Positions 19,628 to 31,016 of a stretch of 64,000 nt of DNA are shown in pieces (within the stretch, counting starts at the first letter, position 1; each line of letters opens with the position of its first letter). Under the pieces are notes generated by a model. That model worked only from the letters and a program-made list of their open reading frames with translations, was not told where the DNA came from and ran no database searches. Position numbers and translations under genes: made by a program. Source of the stretch: Bacilli bacterium (GTDB lineage Bacteria > Bacillota_I > Bacilli_A > RFN20 > CAG-826); assembly GCA_017429285.1 (NCBI GenBank), contig JAFRPF010000016.1, positions 27,616-91,615 on the forward strand, given 5' to 3'.

Positions 19628-22393
19628 ATGGATTATAAAGATAGTTTATTGATGTTAAAGACTGACTTCGAGATGCGTGGTAACCTCGCTATCAAAGAAC
19701 CAGTTTTAGTGAAAAAATGGCAAGAAGAGAATTTATACGAAGAAATGAATCTCAATCGTAAAGATGCCAAAGAATTCGTTTTACATGATGGTCCTCCCTA
19801 CGCTAACGGCGATATGCACTGTGGTCATATGTTAAATCGTGTCTTAAAAGATTTCGTTATTCGTTATAAAAATATGCAAGGATTTAAAACTCCATTTGTT
19901 TTTGGTTGGGATACGCATGGTTTACCAATTGAAAACCAAGTGACTAAATCCGGTGTTAATCGTAAAACTACCCCAATATCGGAATTCCGTAAGAAATGTG
20001 AAGAATATGCTTATAAACAAGTCGAAAAGCAAAAAGAACAGATTAGAAGACTTGGTTTAGTGGGTGATTTTGATCATCCCTATTTAACACTTCAAAAAGA
20101 ATTTGAAGCCAAGCAAATTGAAGTCTTCGCTAAGATGGCTTTAAGAGGTTTAATTTATAAAGGATTAAAGCCTGTTTATTGGTCACCAAGTAGTGAGTCC
20201 GCTTTAGCGGAAGCTGAAATTGAATATAAGGATGTCACAAGCCACTCCATCTATGTAGCTTTCCCAGTTAAAGATGGAAAAGGTGTGGTTGATAACGATG
20301 CTAGTTTGATCATTTGGACCACAACTCCTTGGACATTACCAGCTAATTTAGCGATTTCCGCTCACCCAGACTTTGTCTATGGTTTATATCAAACCAGCCG
20401 TGGTAAATTTGTCTTCTTAAAAGAATTTGAAGAGAAATTAAGTGAAGAATTATCTTTAGGTGAAGTGAAATTATTAAAGACATTTAAAGGCAGCGATTTA
20501 GAATTTGTGGTTTGTAAACATCCATTTTATGATCGTGATTCTTTAGTGATTGTGGGCACTCACGTCACAAATGATGCTGGTACTGGTTTAGTTCATACCG
20601 CTCCTGGACATGGTGTGGAAGACTATCAAGTTTGTTTAAAATATCCAGGAAGAGGACTTGAACCATATTGTCCAGTTGATGAACATGGTTACATGATGCC
20701 TGGTACTGGTGAAGGTATTGAAGGCTTATTCTATGAAAAAGCAAATGATGCCGTATTAGAGATCATCACTAATAATGGTACATTATTAAAACACGAAACA
20801 TTCGTTCACTCCTATCCACATGACTGGAGAACAGGTAAACCATTAATCTTTAGAGCCACCAATCAATGGTTCTGTTCAATTGAACCAATTAGAGAAGAAA
20901 CTTTAAAGATTATTCATGACACTAAATGGTTCCCATCTTGGGGTGAAACCAGAATGGTTAATATGATTAAAGATCGCGCTGACTGGTGTATTTCTAGACA
21001 ACGTGCTTGGGGTGTCCCAATTCCTATTTTCTACGCGGAAGATGGAACTCCAATTATTGAAAAAGAAGTTTTTGATCATGTTGCGAAATTATTTAGAGAA
21101 CATGGTAGTAATATTTGGTATGAAAAAGAAGCTAAAGAATTATTACCAAGTGGATATAAAAATGAACATTCACCTAATGGTGAATTCACTAAAGAAAACG
21201 ACATTATGGATGTCTGGTTTGATTCTGGCTCATCCTGGTCTGGTGTCTTACAAAATAGAGGTATTAAATATCCAAGCGATTTATATTTAGAAGGTAGTGA
21301 CCAATATCGTGGTTGGTTTAACTCTTCATTATTACTTTCTGTTGCTACCGAAGGTAAAGCCCCTTATAAAGCTGTAGTGAGTCATGGTTGGGTTTTAGAT
21401 GAACATGGAGAACAGATGCATAAATCTAAAGGTAATGGTATCGATCCTACTAGCATCGCTAATGTTTATGGTGCTGATATCTTAAGACTTTGGGTGGCAA
21501 GTGTAGATTATCAACAAGATGTTCGTATCGGTAATAATTTAATTAAACAAGTCGCTGAGCAATATCGTAAGATTAGAAACACTTTAAAATTTATCTCTTG
21601 GAACTTAGCGGATTTTGATATTAAAGAAAGCGCGACAAGTTTTGAAAAGATCGATTTAATCATCCTAAATAAACTAGATGAATTATCTAATAGTGTTATC
21701 GAATTCTTTGATCGATATGATTTCTCATCAGCGATTAATCAAATTATGACATTTATGTCATCTGATCTTTCCAGTTTCTATTTAGATATCAATAAAGATA
21801 TCTTATACTGCAATGAGAAAAATTCTATTAGAAGAAAACAAGTCCAAACCGCTTTATATAGAATCGCGGAAACATTATTAAGATTATTAAATCCAATTCT
21901 TCCATTTACCATGGATGAATTTAACAATAATTTACCTGGTAAAAGAAGTAAAAACGTTCAATTCCTCGATTATCCAAAATATAAGGATTTAGGCGATAAG
22001 GCTATTAAATTAGATGAAGAATATGAATTAATCAAAGCTCTTAGAGGAGATGTCTTAAAACGCCTCGAAGAAGCGAGAAGTCAAAAGATTATCGGTAGTG
22101 GACAAGAAGCTAAAGTCTTATTATCTATAGTCGAAGATAAAGAAAAATATAATAACTTATTTAAAGATTTATCTTTAAAACAATTAGCTAATCTCTTCGT
22201 TGTTAGTGAAGTTGTTATTAAAGATGATTTATCTAGCGAACCATTAACTGTTTCTAAAGTGGAAGTCATCCATCATGAAGGACATTTCTGTTCTAGATGC
22301 TGGAATTATGAAGATGACGCGATAAAGCAAGTTGATGGTACATATTTATGTAAACGTTGTCAGGAGGTCATTAGTAAACATTATGGATCTTAA
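19628..22393 (+). CDS. ileS: Isoleucine-tRNA ligase
   Basis: LHDGPPYANG, WTTTPWT, WCISRQR, EGSDQYRGWF, QMHKS (KMSKS variant), C-terminal Zn finger. Confidence 0.97.
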   Translation: MDYKDSLLMLKTDFEMRGNLAIKEPVLVKKWQEENLYEEMNLNRKDAKEFVLHDGPPYANGDMHCGHMLNRVLKDFVIRYKNMQGFKTPFVFGWDTHGLPIENQVTKSGVNRKTTPISEFRKKCEEYAYKQVEKQKEQIRRLGLVGDFDHPYLTLQKEFEAKQIEVFAKMALRGLIYKGLKPVYWSPSSESALAEAEIEYKDVTSHSIYVAFPVKDGKGVVDNDASLIIWTTTPWTLPANLAISAHPDFVYGLYQTSRGKFVFLKEFEEKLSEELSLGEVKLLKTFKGSDLEFVVCKHPFYDRDSLVIVGTHVTNDAGTGLVHTAPGHGVEDYQVCLKYPGRGLEPYCPVDEHGYMMPGTGEGIEGLFYEKANDAVLEIITNNGTLLKHETFVHSYPHDWRTGKPLIFRATNQWFCSIEPIREETLKIIHDTKWFPSWGETRMVNMIKDRADWCISRQRAWGVPIPIFYAEDGTPIIEKEVFDHVAKLFREHGSNIWYEKEAKELLPSGYKNEHSPNGEFTKENDIMDVWFDSGSSWSGVLQNRGIKYPSDLYLEGSDQYRGWFNSSLLLSVATEGKAPYKAVVSHGWVLDEHGEQMHKSKGNGIDPTSIANVYGADILRLWVASVDYQQDVRIGNNLIKQVAEQYRKIRNTLKFISWNLADFDIKESATSFEKIDLIILNKLDELSNSVIEFFDRYDFSSAINQIMTFMSSDLSSFYLDINKDILYCNEKNSIRRKQVQTALYRIAETLLRLLNPILPFTMDEFNNNLPGKRSKNVQFLDYPKYKDLGDKAIKLDEEYELIKALRGDVLKRLEEARSQKIIGSGQEAKVLLSIVEDKEKYNNLFKDLSLKQLANLFVVSEVVIKDDLSSEPLTVSKVEVIHHEGHFCSRCWNYEDDAIKQVDGTYLCKRCQEVISKHYGS

Positions 22394-23066
22394 AAACATT
22401 TGGCCAAAAGTATTAAAAGGATTGAAGTGGTTCTTCTTTTCCTATATCTGGTTATTCATCCTCTTTTTAGTGGTGGATATACTCACTAAACAAGCGGTGG
22501 TGAATTATTTTAGAAGCCATGATAACCCTATTGTTTTAATTGGTAGTGCCTCAAAACCATTTTTACAAATCTCCTATTCTATTAACACAAATGCGGCGTT
22601 TGGATTTGGTATGGAAAACCCGGTGGCAAATCGTGTTTTATACTGTGTAATCGCCTTTATTGGTTTTGGTTTAATATTAGGTTTTTATATTTGGAAAAAT
22701 AAAAAGATCAATAGCTTAGTCAAAGCATGTTTAATGCTCATGTGTGTCGGCGCGGTTGGTAATTTAATCGATCGTTTGTTCTATTCCACAGATTTCTTAC
22801 ATTATCCATATAACGGTGTTGTCGACTGGATTGACTTCATCGGTATCTGGCCTTTTATCTTTAATATCGCAGATAGCTGTGTGGTTATTGGTGTACTTAT
22901 CTTAATCGTCTATTTAATCGTTGATGAGGTTAAAGAGATGAAGAGAAAAAGAAGCCTAGAAATTCAAGAAACTAACGGCAAAGTTCTTTCTAAAGAAGAA
23001 CAATCTAGACTTGAAAAAGCTCAAACAAAAGAAGCCTCAAAAGAAGAAGAACAAGTTAAAGAATAA
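22383..23066 (+). CDS. lspA: Lipoprotein signal peptidase II
   Basis: NTNAAFG, GAVGNLIDR, VVDWI, FNIAD; RBS AGGAGG upstream of ATG 22383. Confidence 0.92.
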   Translation: MDLKNIWPKVLKGLKWFFFSYIWLFILFLVVDILTKQAVVNYFRSHDNPIVLIGSASKPFLQISYSINTNAAFGFGMENPVANRVLYCVIAFIGFGLILGFYIWKNKKINSLVKACLMLMCVGAVGNLIDRLFYSTDFLHYPYNGVVDWIDFIGIWPFIFNIADSCVVIGVLILIVYLIVDEVKEMKRKRSLEIQETNGKVLSKEEQSRLEKAQTKEASKEEEQVKE

Positions 23067-23971
23067 TGGAAAAATACAAAGTATTAGATGTTTATAAAAA
23101 CATGCGACTAGATAAATATTTAGTCGCTATTTTTCCATCTAAATCTCGTAATTATATTTCTAAAATTATCGAAGAAGGTAATTGCTTAGTAAATAATAAT
23201 CCCGCTAAAGCTAGTTTAAAGCTTAAAGTAGGTGATGAAGTAAGTGTGGAATTTCCGATAGAAAAACCACTAGATGTGACTTCAGAAGATATTCCTTTAA
23301 ATATCATTTATGAAGATGAAGATATCTTAATTATTGATAAGCCTCAAGGGATGGTGGTACATCCATCTTTAGGTCATCATGAACACACTTTAGTAAACGC
23401 CATTCTTCATCATTGTTCTGATTTAAGTGGCATTAATGGAGTGATTAGACCAGGCATTGTTCATCGTATCGATAAAGACACTTCTGGACTAATATGCGTG
23501 GCAAAAAATGATAAAGCTCATAACTACTTAGCAGAGCAACTTAAAGACCACAGCATGTCTCGTACTTATATAGCTTTAGTAAGAGGCGTTATTAAAGAAA
23601 ATCACGGCACGATTAATATGCCGATTGGTCGAGATGAAAGAAATCGTCAAAAGATGGCGGTCACTCGTAAAAATGCTAAAGAAGCGATCACTAACTTTAA
23701 TGTTATTAAAAGATATAGCGATAACACACTTATTGAATGTCATTTAGTAACTGGAAGAACGCATCAGATTAGAGTCCATTTATCTTATATCGGCTATCCC
23801 GTTGAAGGAGATCCATTATATGGAGGAAGACATTACGATAAACTCTATAGTGGTGGACAGCTTCTTACCGCGGTGAAATTAAAATTAATTCATCCAAGGA
23901 CAAAAAAAGAGATGGAATTTGAAACTAAACTTCCATCTTATTTCCAAGAAATATTAGATAATCTTATTTAG
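23066..23971 (+). CDS. RluA/RluD family pseudouridine synthase
   Basis: S4 domain RLDKYL; GIVHRIDKDTSG; TGRTHQIRVH. Confidence 0.95.
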   Translation: MEKYKVLDVYKNMRLDKYLVAIFPSKSRNYISKIIEEGNCLVNNNPAKASLKLKVGDEVSVEFPIEKPLDVTSEDIPLNIIYEDEDILIIDKPQGMVVHPSLGHHEHTLVNAILHHCSDLSGINGVIRPGIVHRIDKDTSGLICVAKNDKAHNYLAEQLKDHSMSRTYIALVRGVIKENHGTINMPIGRDERNRQKMAVTRKNAKEAITNFNVIKRYSDNTLIECHLVTGRTHQIRVHLSYIGYPVEGDPLYGGRHYDKLYSGGQLLTAVKLKLIHPRTKKEMEFETKLPSYFQEILDNLI

Positions 23972-24875
23972 AAACGACTTCGTTATAATTAGCGAAGTTT
24001 TTCTTGACGATTTTATTTAATTCTTCTTCGCCGTATTTAGCTAAGAATTCTTTAGCGAATACGGTAACTTTTTTACTAGCCCCAAAGGGAAATGTCATAT
24101 GATATTTTTCTTCGAGTTTTTTCATCTCTAATAGATAGGAATATCGAGCGATAACACTCGCTAAAGCGACACACGGGAAATAGGATTCGCCTTTTGTTTT
24201 AAAGATAATATCTTTAACTATTTCTTCATTCGTATCATTTAGATATTTATAGTAGGTATTAGGAGAGACAAATTGATCCACAAATATATTTAAAACATCT
24301 TCATATTGTTTATGCATATTATTTAAAGCTCTATTATGCATTTTGGCTTTCATAGAATTAAGGTTTTCACCCTTTAAATACATCTCGTTATATTTTTCAT
24401 TAGGTAATGTTAATTTCGAGAATTTAAATTCTTTTACTAAAGTAGGACCAACCTCTAAGATCTTTTCATCTTTCATCTTTTTAGAATCATGAATACCTAA
24501 TTCAATTAATCTTTTGATGTCCTTTTTGCTAACAAAAGCAGCGACGACAATCATCGGGCCTAAGAAATCTCCCACACCAACCTCATCACTTCCGATTTGA
24601 TCATCAAAAAATATCCAGCCTTCTTTAACTTCTTCTTTCTTTTCATTAAGCTCCACATTTGGATCCCAAACACGGGCTTCTTCTAAAGCTTTTTCCCCGA
24701 AAAATGTCACTTTCTTTCTTTCTTTCTTGGTTAAAAAAGCGGTGATAATAACATCATTATGTTCCGCTTGGAAATCGATATATTCACCCATATTATTAAC
24801 AATAGACGATTGATAATAATCTCTCATCACTTCAATAAGCGTGGCATCAACAGTAATAGTGACATTTTCTTTCAT
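23964..24875 (-). CDS. rnhC: Ribonuclease HIII
   Basis: IGSDEVGVGDFLGP, GIHDSKK, VALASVIAR with an N-terminal TBP-like extension; divergent from mutS2. Confidence 0.9.
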   Translation of the reverse strand: MKENVTITVDATLIEVMRDYYQSSIVNNMGEYIDFQAEHNDVIITAFLTKKERKKVTFFGEKALEEARVWDPNVELNEKKEEVKEGWIFFDDQIGSDEVGVGDFLGPMIVVAAFVSKKDIKRLIELGIHDSKKMKDEKILEVGPTLVKEFKFSKLTLPNEKYNEMYLKGENLNSMKAKMHNRALNNMHKQYEDVLNIFVDQFVSPNTYYKYLNDTNEEIVKDIIFKTKGESYFPCVALASVIARYSYLLEMKKLEEKYHMTFPFGASKKVTVFAKEFLAKYGEEELNKIVKKNFANYNEVVSK

Positions 24876-24950
24876 AGGGTCATTTTAACATATATTAAGC
24901 TTTCTAATCAAAGATTAGTAAAAATAATACCTATATGCTATTATTATTTC

Positions 24951-27257
24951 ATGCAAGATATTTATCAAACCTTTGAATTCAATAAAATTCAAAATTCATT
25001 ACTTGAATACGCGAAGACTGAATTAGGAAAAGAAAAAATCAATTCTTTAAGGATGTTTTCAACTATTAAAGAAGTCAAAGACTCTTTATTAGATTTAGAA
25101 GAGATTATTTCTATACTCACTCGTTTTGGGGTGATGCCGATAAATACTAGTGCGAATGCTTTATATTTAATTAATTTAGCGAAGAAAACCGCTTTATTAA
25201 CTCCTCGAGATCTAAATCTCATCGCTGATGATGTTTTAACTAGTAAAGCGATATTAAATTTCTTTAGTAAAATCAATGTTAATTATCCGCGTATCAAAGA
25301 TAAGATATCGACTTTTTATGATTTAACTTCTTTAGAAAAAGAAATTCATCGAGTTATAACTTCTTCACTAACTATTTCTGATAAAGCCACTCCGAGATTA
25401 AAAGAGATTAGAGATAAGATGAGAAGATTAGAATCTTCTTTACAGCAAAAAGTAACTTCTTTAGCTTTTACTTATTCTAAATATTTAAACGATGATAATG
25501 CGACGATTAGAGATGGCCATTTTGTTTTACCTGTTAAAACATCTGAAAAGAGCAAAGTAATGGGCATCATATATGATGTTTCAGATTCGGGAGCGACGAC
25601 ATTTATCGAACCGATGGAAATTGTCCAAATCAATAATGAGCTCACCTCTTTAAAAGTGGAAGAGAATGAAGAGATTAGAAAAATATTAAAAGAATTAACC
25701 GCTTTAGTTTTAATTCAAGAAAAAGAGATTATTCATAATAATTACATCATTTCCGAATTAGATTTTTTAAACGCTAAAGCTAGTTACGCTAGCGAGATTA
25801 ATGGTGTCATTTCAACTATTAGTGATAAGCAAGAAATAGAACTTGTTGATGCCAGACATCCGCTTATTGATCCTCAGAAAGTAGTGGCTAATTCATATCA
25901 TTTAGATGAAGATCAAAGAATCGTCATTATATCTGGTCCTAACGCTGGTGGTAAGACTGTTAGTTTAAAAACAGTAGGCCTATTAGTGTTAATGAATCAA
26001 TGTGGGTTAGCGGTTCCTGCTTCAAAATCTCGATTAGGCTATTTTAAAAATATCTTTATTGATATCGGTGATAACCAATCATTAAGCGATAATCTATCTA
26101 CTTTCTCCGCGCATATGAACCAATTAGGAGAAATCACTCAAAAGATTGGTGGAAAAGACTTACTTCTTATCGATGAATTAGGTACAGGTACCGATCCAAA
26201 AGAAGGTGAACCATTAGCCTTATCAATAGTTAAATTTTTAGAAAATAAATATTGTTTAGCGTTAATTTCATCTCATTTCTCCGCGTTAAAAGAATATGCT
26301 TTTTTAAGTAAACACATCGATAATTCCTCCATGATTTTTGATGAGGATAAATTATCCCCAACCTATAAATTTAGACAAGGTACTCCTGGTATGAGTTATG
26401 CTTTAGATGTCGCTAATAGATACGGGATTTGCGAGGAAATCGTTAATGATGCCAGGGAATTTATCAAAAATAACAACAATAATAGCACTAACGAGTTGCT
26501 CTCTATTTTGCAAAAGAAATTAGATGCCGCTAGTAAGCTTGAAGATAATTTAACGAAAAAAGAACAACAACTTAATAATTTAGAAAAGAAACTAGAAAAT
26601 GATGAAAAACTTCTTAAGGCAAGAAGAGATAATTTATTAAAGGAAGTGTCAGAAGAAAAAAATCAAATTATTGAAAACGCCAAAGAAGAAGTTGATGAGA
26701 TTTTAGCTAATTTAAGAAAAGACGGAATTAAATTACATGAAGCCAGTTCATTAAAAAAACAACTTGATGATTTATTAGAACATGAAGAGATGATTTCTTA
26801 TAATGAAGAAATAACGATAAATGACTATGTCGAAATACCTTCATTAGGCATTACCGGTAGGGTAAATAGAATAAACGGTAAAAAAGCTCGCGTGGTGAAT
26901 AATAACGGCTTATCTTTTGATGTTGATATTGATAAACTTCATAAGGTTGAACCGCCTCAAAAAGCAAAGAAAAAAGAGAAAGTAGTTAGCTCTATTGATG
27001 CAAGTATCGCCAGTGATATTAGTTTAGAACTTAACATTATTGGATTACATGTTGAAGAAGCCAGTTATCAGCTCGTCAAATATATTGATAATTGTCGAAT
27101 TAAACATTTTAAACAAGTCAGAATTATTCATGGATTTGGTTCTGGCGCTTTAAGAAAGATGGTCCGCGAATATTTAGATAAGCAAAAAGATTTATCATAT
27201 CGCCCTGGAGATGGTTCTGAAGGTGGCGGTGGCGCAACGGTGGTAATTTTCAAATGA
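24951..27257 (+). CDS. mutS2: Endonuclease MutS2
   Basis: ISGPNAGGKT, SLSDNLSTFSAHM, DELGTGTDP, C-terminal Smr IIHGFGSG; start moved to ATG 24951. Confidence 0.95.
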   Translation: MQDIYQTFEFNKIQNSLLEYAKTELGKEKINSLRMFSTIKEVKDSLLDLEEIISILTRFGVMPINTSANALYLINLAKKTALLTPRDLNLIADDVLTSKAILNFFSKINVNYPRIKDKISTFYDLTSLEKEIHRVITSSLTISDKATPRLKEIRDKMRRLESSLQQKVTSLAFTYSKYLNDDNATIRDGHFVLPVKTSEKSKVMGIIYDVSDSGATTFIEPMEIVQINNELTSLKVEENEEIRKILKELTALVLIQEKEIIHNNYIISELDFLNAKASYASEINGVISTISDKQEIELVDARHPLIDPQKVVANSYHLDEDQRIVIISGPNAGGKTVSLKTVGLLVLMNQCGLAVPASKSRLGYFKNIFIDIGDNQSLSDNLSTFSAHMNQLGEITQKIGGKDLLLIDELGTGTDPKEGEPLALSIVKFLENKYCLALISSHFSALKEYAFLSKHIDNSSMIFDEDKLSPTYKFRQGTPGMSYALDVANRYGICEEIVNDAREFIKNNNNNSTNELLSILQKKLDAASKLEDNLTKKEQQLNNLEKKLENDEKLLKARRDNLLKEVSEEKNQIIENAKEEVDEILANLRKDGIKLHEASSLKKQLDDLLEHEEMISYNEEITINDYVEIPSLGITGRVNRINGKKARVVNNNGLSFDVDIDKLHKVEPPQKAKKKEKVVSSIDASIASDISLELNIIGLHVEEASYQLVKYIDNCRIKHFKQVRIIHGFGSGALRKMVREYLDKQKDLSYRPGDGSEGGGGATVVIFK

Positions 27258-29005
27258 CCGAGAAGATTAAAACATTAATCGCTAATTTAAAGCACTTACC
27301 AGGTGTTTATTTGATGCATGATAAAGATGATAATATCATCTATGTTGGTAAGGCCAAGGATTTATATAAAAGAGTGAGCCAATATTTCTTAAGACCACAA
27401 GCGGGTAAGGTTTTTAAGATGGTCACTAATGTCGATTATTTTGAAACGATTATTACTGCTAATGAAAAAGAAGCTCTCGTTTTAGAGATGAATTTAATTC
27501 AAAAATACTATCCTCGTTATAACATTCTTTTAAAAGATGGTAGTCATTATCCTTATATTGCCTTAAAGAAAAAAGGCGATCCGATATTAATGATTAAAAG
27601 AAATAATAAGGATAAGAATTTTGATTATTTTGGACCTTATCCTAATTCCGGAGCGGCTTATCAAACTATATCCTTATTAAATAAAATATTTCCTATAAGG
27701 AAATGTCAAACATTACCTTCCTCAACTTGTCTATATTATCATTTAGGCCAATGCTTAGGACCTTGTATCAATAAAATTGAAGACAAAGTTTTTGATGATA
27801 TTAGGGAAGATATTAAATCCTTCATGAAAGGCAATAACCAAAAACAAAAATCTGAAATTAAAGAAAAGATGCTTTTAGCAAGCGATAATTTAGAATTTGA
27901 ACAGGCCGCGGAATATAAAAAAGTATTAGATGCGATTGAACATATCAATATTCAACAAAATGTGGAGAATAATGATAAGAAAGATCGTGACATATTTGCT
28001 TTCTCTTCACGTAATGGTTATCTCTCTTTAGCGGTTCTTTCTTATAGAAAAGGATTATTACTTGGTAAACAAGTCTTTATCGTTGAAGAATTTGGTGATA
28101 ACGAAGAGCAGGTCGCCGATTTAATATTACAGTTCTATCAAAAATACCCCACACCTAGTGAAGTGGTTATTAATAATAAAATCGTTTTAGATTTCTTATC
28201 TGATCTATTAGATAGTAACGTTATATTTGTAACTAAAGGCAAAGTTCATGAATTAATCATTAACGCTAAAGAAAATGCCGATAATGCTTTAGATGAATAT
28301 TTCTTATCAGCAAGATTAGACGCTAATAAATTAGAAATGTTAGAAACTCTTGGTAATTTACTCGATATACCGACTCCATTACATATTGAATTATTTGATA
28401 ATTCCCATATTCAAGGAGCTTTCCCTGTGGGAGCAATGGTGGCTTTTGTTAATGGCGAACCCGCAAAAAAATTATATCGTCGTTTCTTAATTAATCATGA
28501 AGAAGCAAGAGATGATTTAGCGAGTATGAAAGAAGTCATTTATCGTCATTATAAAAGACTAGTGGAAGAAGAGAAGAAACTACCTGATTTATTATTAGTC
28601 GATGGTGGACTAAATCAAATTAACGCCGCGGCGATCGCTTTATTAGAAGCGGGGGCTAATGTCCCATTATTTGGTTTATATAAAAATGATAGACATCAAA
28701 CTTCTGGTTTAATCGATGGAAGTGGCAAAACATATGAGATCGATGATAAATCATTATTTTTTATGCTGACACGTATGCAAGATGAAGTTCATCGCTTTGC
28801 GATAAGCTTCCATAAAGAGAAAAGAAATAAAGCGATGCGCGCGTCAATTTTAGATGATATTGAAGGATTAGGAGAAAAAAGAAAAGAAATGCTTTACCGC
28901 GCTTATAAAGATCTCGATTCTTTAAAAAATGCTTCTGTTGAAGAGTTTAGCCAAATCCTCCCAAAAGAAGTCGCTGAAGCTTTATATAATAAGCTCCACA
29001 ATTAA
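27254..29005 (+). CDS. uvrC: Excinuclease ABC subunit C
   Basis: GIY-YIG PGVYLM/YVGKAKDL, FDNSHIQG, LVDGG, QDEVHRFA. Confidence 0.96.
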   Translation: MTEKIKTLIANLKHLPGVYLMHDKDDNIIYVGKAKDLYKRVSQYFLRPQAGKVFKMVTNVDYFETIITANEKEALVLEMNLIQKYYPRYNILLKDGSHYPYIALKKKGDPILMIKRNNKDKNFDYFGPYPNSGAAYQTISLLNKIFPIRKCQTLPSSTCLYYHLGQCLGPCINKIEDKVFDDIREDIKSFMKGNNQKQKSEIKEKMLLASDNLEFEQAAEYKKVLDAIEHINIQQNVENNDKKDRDIFAFSSRNGYLSLAVLSYRKGLLLGKQVFIVEEFGDNEEQVADLILQFYQKYPTPSEVVINNKIVLDFLSDLLDSNVIFVTKGKVHELIINAKENADNALDEYFLSARLDANKLEMLETLGNLLDIPTPLHIELFDNSHIQGAFPVGAMVAFVNGEPAKKLYRRFLINHEEARDDLASMKEVIYRHYKRLVEEEKKLPDLLLVDGGLNQINAAAIALLEAGANVPLFGLYKNDRHQTSGLIDGSGKTYEIDDKSLFFMLTRMQDEVHRFAISFHKEKRNKAMRASILDDIEGLGEKRKEMLYRAYKDLDSLKNASVEEFSQILPKEVAEALYNKLHN

Positions 29006-29051
29006 TCCTTGAAATAAATACTTAAATTCATTAAGATAATTATCGCTACAT

Positions 29052-29128
<77 letters not shown>

Positions 29129-29140
29129 TTATGAGAGATT

Positions 29141-29172
29141 GGAGATTAATAGTAATATTGGTCTCCTTTTTT
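29141..29172 (+). terminator. Terminator after the tRNA
   Basis: GGAGATTAATA-GTAA-TATTGGTCTCC followed by T6. Confidence 0.8.
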
Positions 29173-29207
29173 CTTATTTTTAAGCGTTTTTAGATACTTT
29201 TTCGACT

Positions 29208-29238
29208 AAAAAAAGCAGTTCGAACTGTCGGACTGCTT
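29208..29238 (-). terminator. Terminator for the minus-strand recombinase-like remnant
   Basis: A7 followed by AAGCAGTTCGA...TCGGACTGCTT hairpin. Confidence 0.65.
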
Positions 29239-29308
29239 ATTCTGATAATTTTCATAAAAAAGGGTAGTAGTAGATTCGGAGAACGTTTCAAATCTTTTCA
29301 AGGGTAGT

Positions 29309-29761
29309 TCATTTGTTTATAAAAATTCCGAACTTAACTGTGTAGTGTTGGGCTCTGACTTTTATCTGATGAGAACCAACTAGTATCTTTTTTAAATCTA
29401 AAAGATTTAGATTAGTTACATTTTCGTTTCCAATAATGAATGTTAGGTCTAATCTGTTTTTAACAATCATCCTTTTAAATAGAATTCTGAATGATTCCTC
29501 GATGTTATCTTCGTTGATTTTATCTAATGAGTCGAAGATTTGTTTAATTACTATTTCAGCGTCATTTGAAGTCAAAAGTTCATTCTCTGTTTTCTGTTTT
29601 GCCACAAATAAATCATTTAACTCATTTTCTATCTCGTTTTTAAGGGCGTTAAACGAATCTCCTATCTTGTTTTCGATTGCTTTATATTTGGCTCTTAAAT
29701 TGTCTATTTTGCCATTTAGAATACATACTTTTTCCTGTAAAGCTTCTTTATTACCAACGTA
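29309..29761 (-). pseudogene. C-terminal fragment resembling a large serine recombinase (coiled coil plus C-terminal end)
   Basis: The frame stays open upstream of the listed GTG (YVGNKEALQEKVCILNGKIDNLRAKYK...FRILFKRMIVKNRLDLTFIIG). No catalytic N-terminus; it abuts the tape-measure fragment. Confidence 0.45.
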
Positions 29762-29762
29762 G

Positions 29763-30683
29763 GTGTTCCTTGATCTAAAGTTTAAAGTCAGACAACTCGA
29801 GTATAAAGAAAGGAAAGATAAGATTTATCTAGATTCTCAAGTTGAACAAAAGCGCGCATTAGACATCGCTAAAGAAGGTGTCAAACTTGGTTCAGTTAGT
29901 GAAGCTGAATTTAAGAAGATGCAACGTTCTGTCCAATATACCGAGGCAGAAATAGCAAAGCTAAATAAAGAACTTAAGGAAACTGATAGCAAAATATCGG
30001 CCTTAGGAAATATCAATGTCGATAAGTTATCTAGCATTGGTAGTGCTTTTACTAAATACATAACCGCTCCAGTTATTGGAGCTGTTTCTGCGTTAGGGGC
30101 TTTAGCGATTAAAACCACTGAAACAGTAAACTCCATGTCCGATACGGCAAAGATGCTAGGGGTAGGACTAGAGTCACTTCAAAAGTGGGAATATGCCGCT
30201 AAACAACTAGGTAGTGAAACTGAATACCTAGATAAAGCATTTCAAAAGGTAAATAACTTATTAGGTCAAATTGCTAATGGAGACGACGTCTCAGAACAAT
30301 TAGGAAAAATTGGCCTAACAATTGATGATTTAGCGGGTTTAGATGCTGAACAAGCATTCATGAAAATCCGTAGTGCTATTTCTTCTGTTGGCGATGCTGC
30401 AACCAGAACTGCTTTAGCAAATCAATTCTTCGGCGATAAATTAGGCACTCAACTTGCTCCTGTATTAAGCGCATATATGGCCTGGATCTTAGAAGCTAAT
30501 TGGAAAGCTGTAGAAGTTGAGATTGTTAAAGACGGTAGGGAATTCGTTATTATCAGAAGCAAAGGATCAACTGGTGGTTTTCGTATTAGGAAGAATAGAG
30601 TATTTGCTACTAAAGAAGAAGCTGAAAAATCAAGGCGAGATGTCACCCTAAGTAGTGGTCATCACGGACCATTCGGACATTAA
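29763..30683 (+). pseudogene. Phage tape-measure N-terminal fragment fused in frame to a small hypothetical protein
   Basis: Coiled coil, TKYITAPVIGA, LQKWEYAAKQLG, RTALANQFFG (tape-measure-like), switching abruptly to MAWILEANW...RVFATKEEAE. Confidence 0.65.
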
Positions 30684-30764
30684 TCTTATTTCATAGAAAT
30701 AATTTGACTCTCTTTTAATAGAGAGTTTTTATTATTTACGGAAAGGAACATCACTAATAAGTCT

Positions 30765-31016
30765 ATGAAAATGCCGCCAAGATATTATTTAAAGGATTTA
30801 AGAGTAAAACTTCGCAAAACGCAAAGACAAATCGCTGCCAGAATGGGGATTGAAAATTTTGTTTATTGCAACATTGAAAACGGTAAAAGAGGAAGTCTTA
30901 TGAACGCCAAAAAGCTATATGCCTTTGCTAAGGCCTTAGAGATTCCTCTTGATGAACTATGTAAGTGGGAAATTGAATACTTGAATCTTATTGAAAAAGT
31001 CAAAGGCGAATCATAA
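30765..31016 (+). CDS. XRE-family HTH regulator
   Basis: LKDLRVKLRKTQRQIAARMGI...NIENGKR. Confidence 0.85.
   Translation: MKMPPRYYLKDLRVKLRKTQRQIAARMGIENFVYCNIENGKRGSLMNAKKLYAFAKALEIPLDELCKWEIEYLNLIEKVKGES

Noticed and set aside
24759..24950. 64-aa N-terminal extension of MutS2 in the ORF track
   Set aside because: It overlaps rnhC on the opposite strand; MutS2-like sequence starts at ATG 24951.
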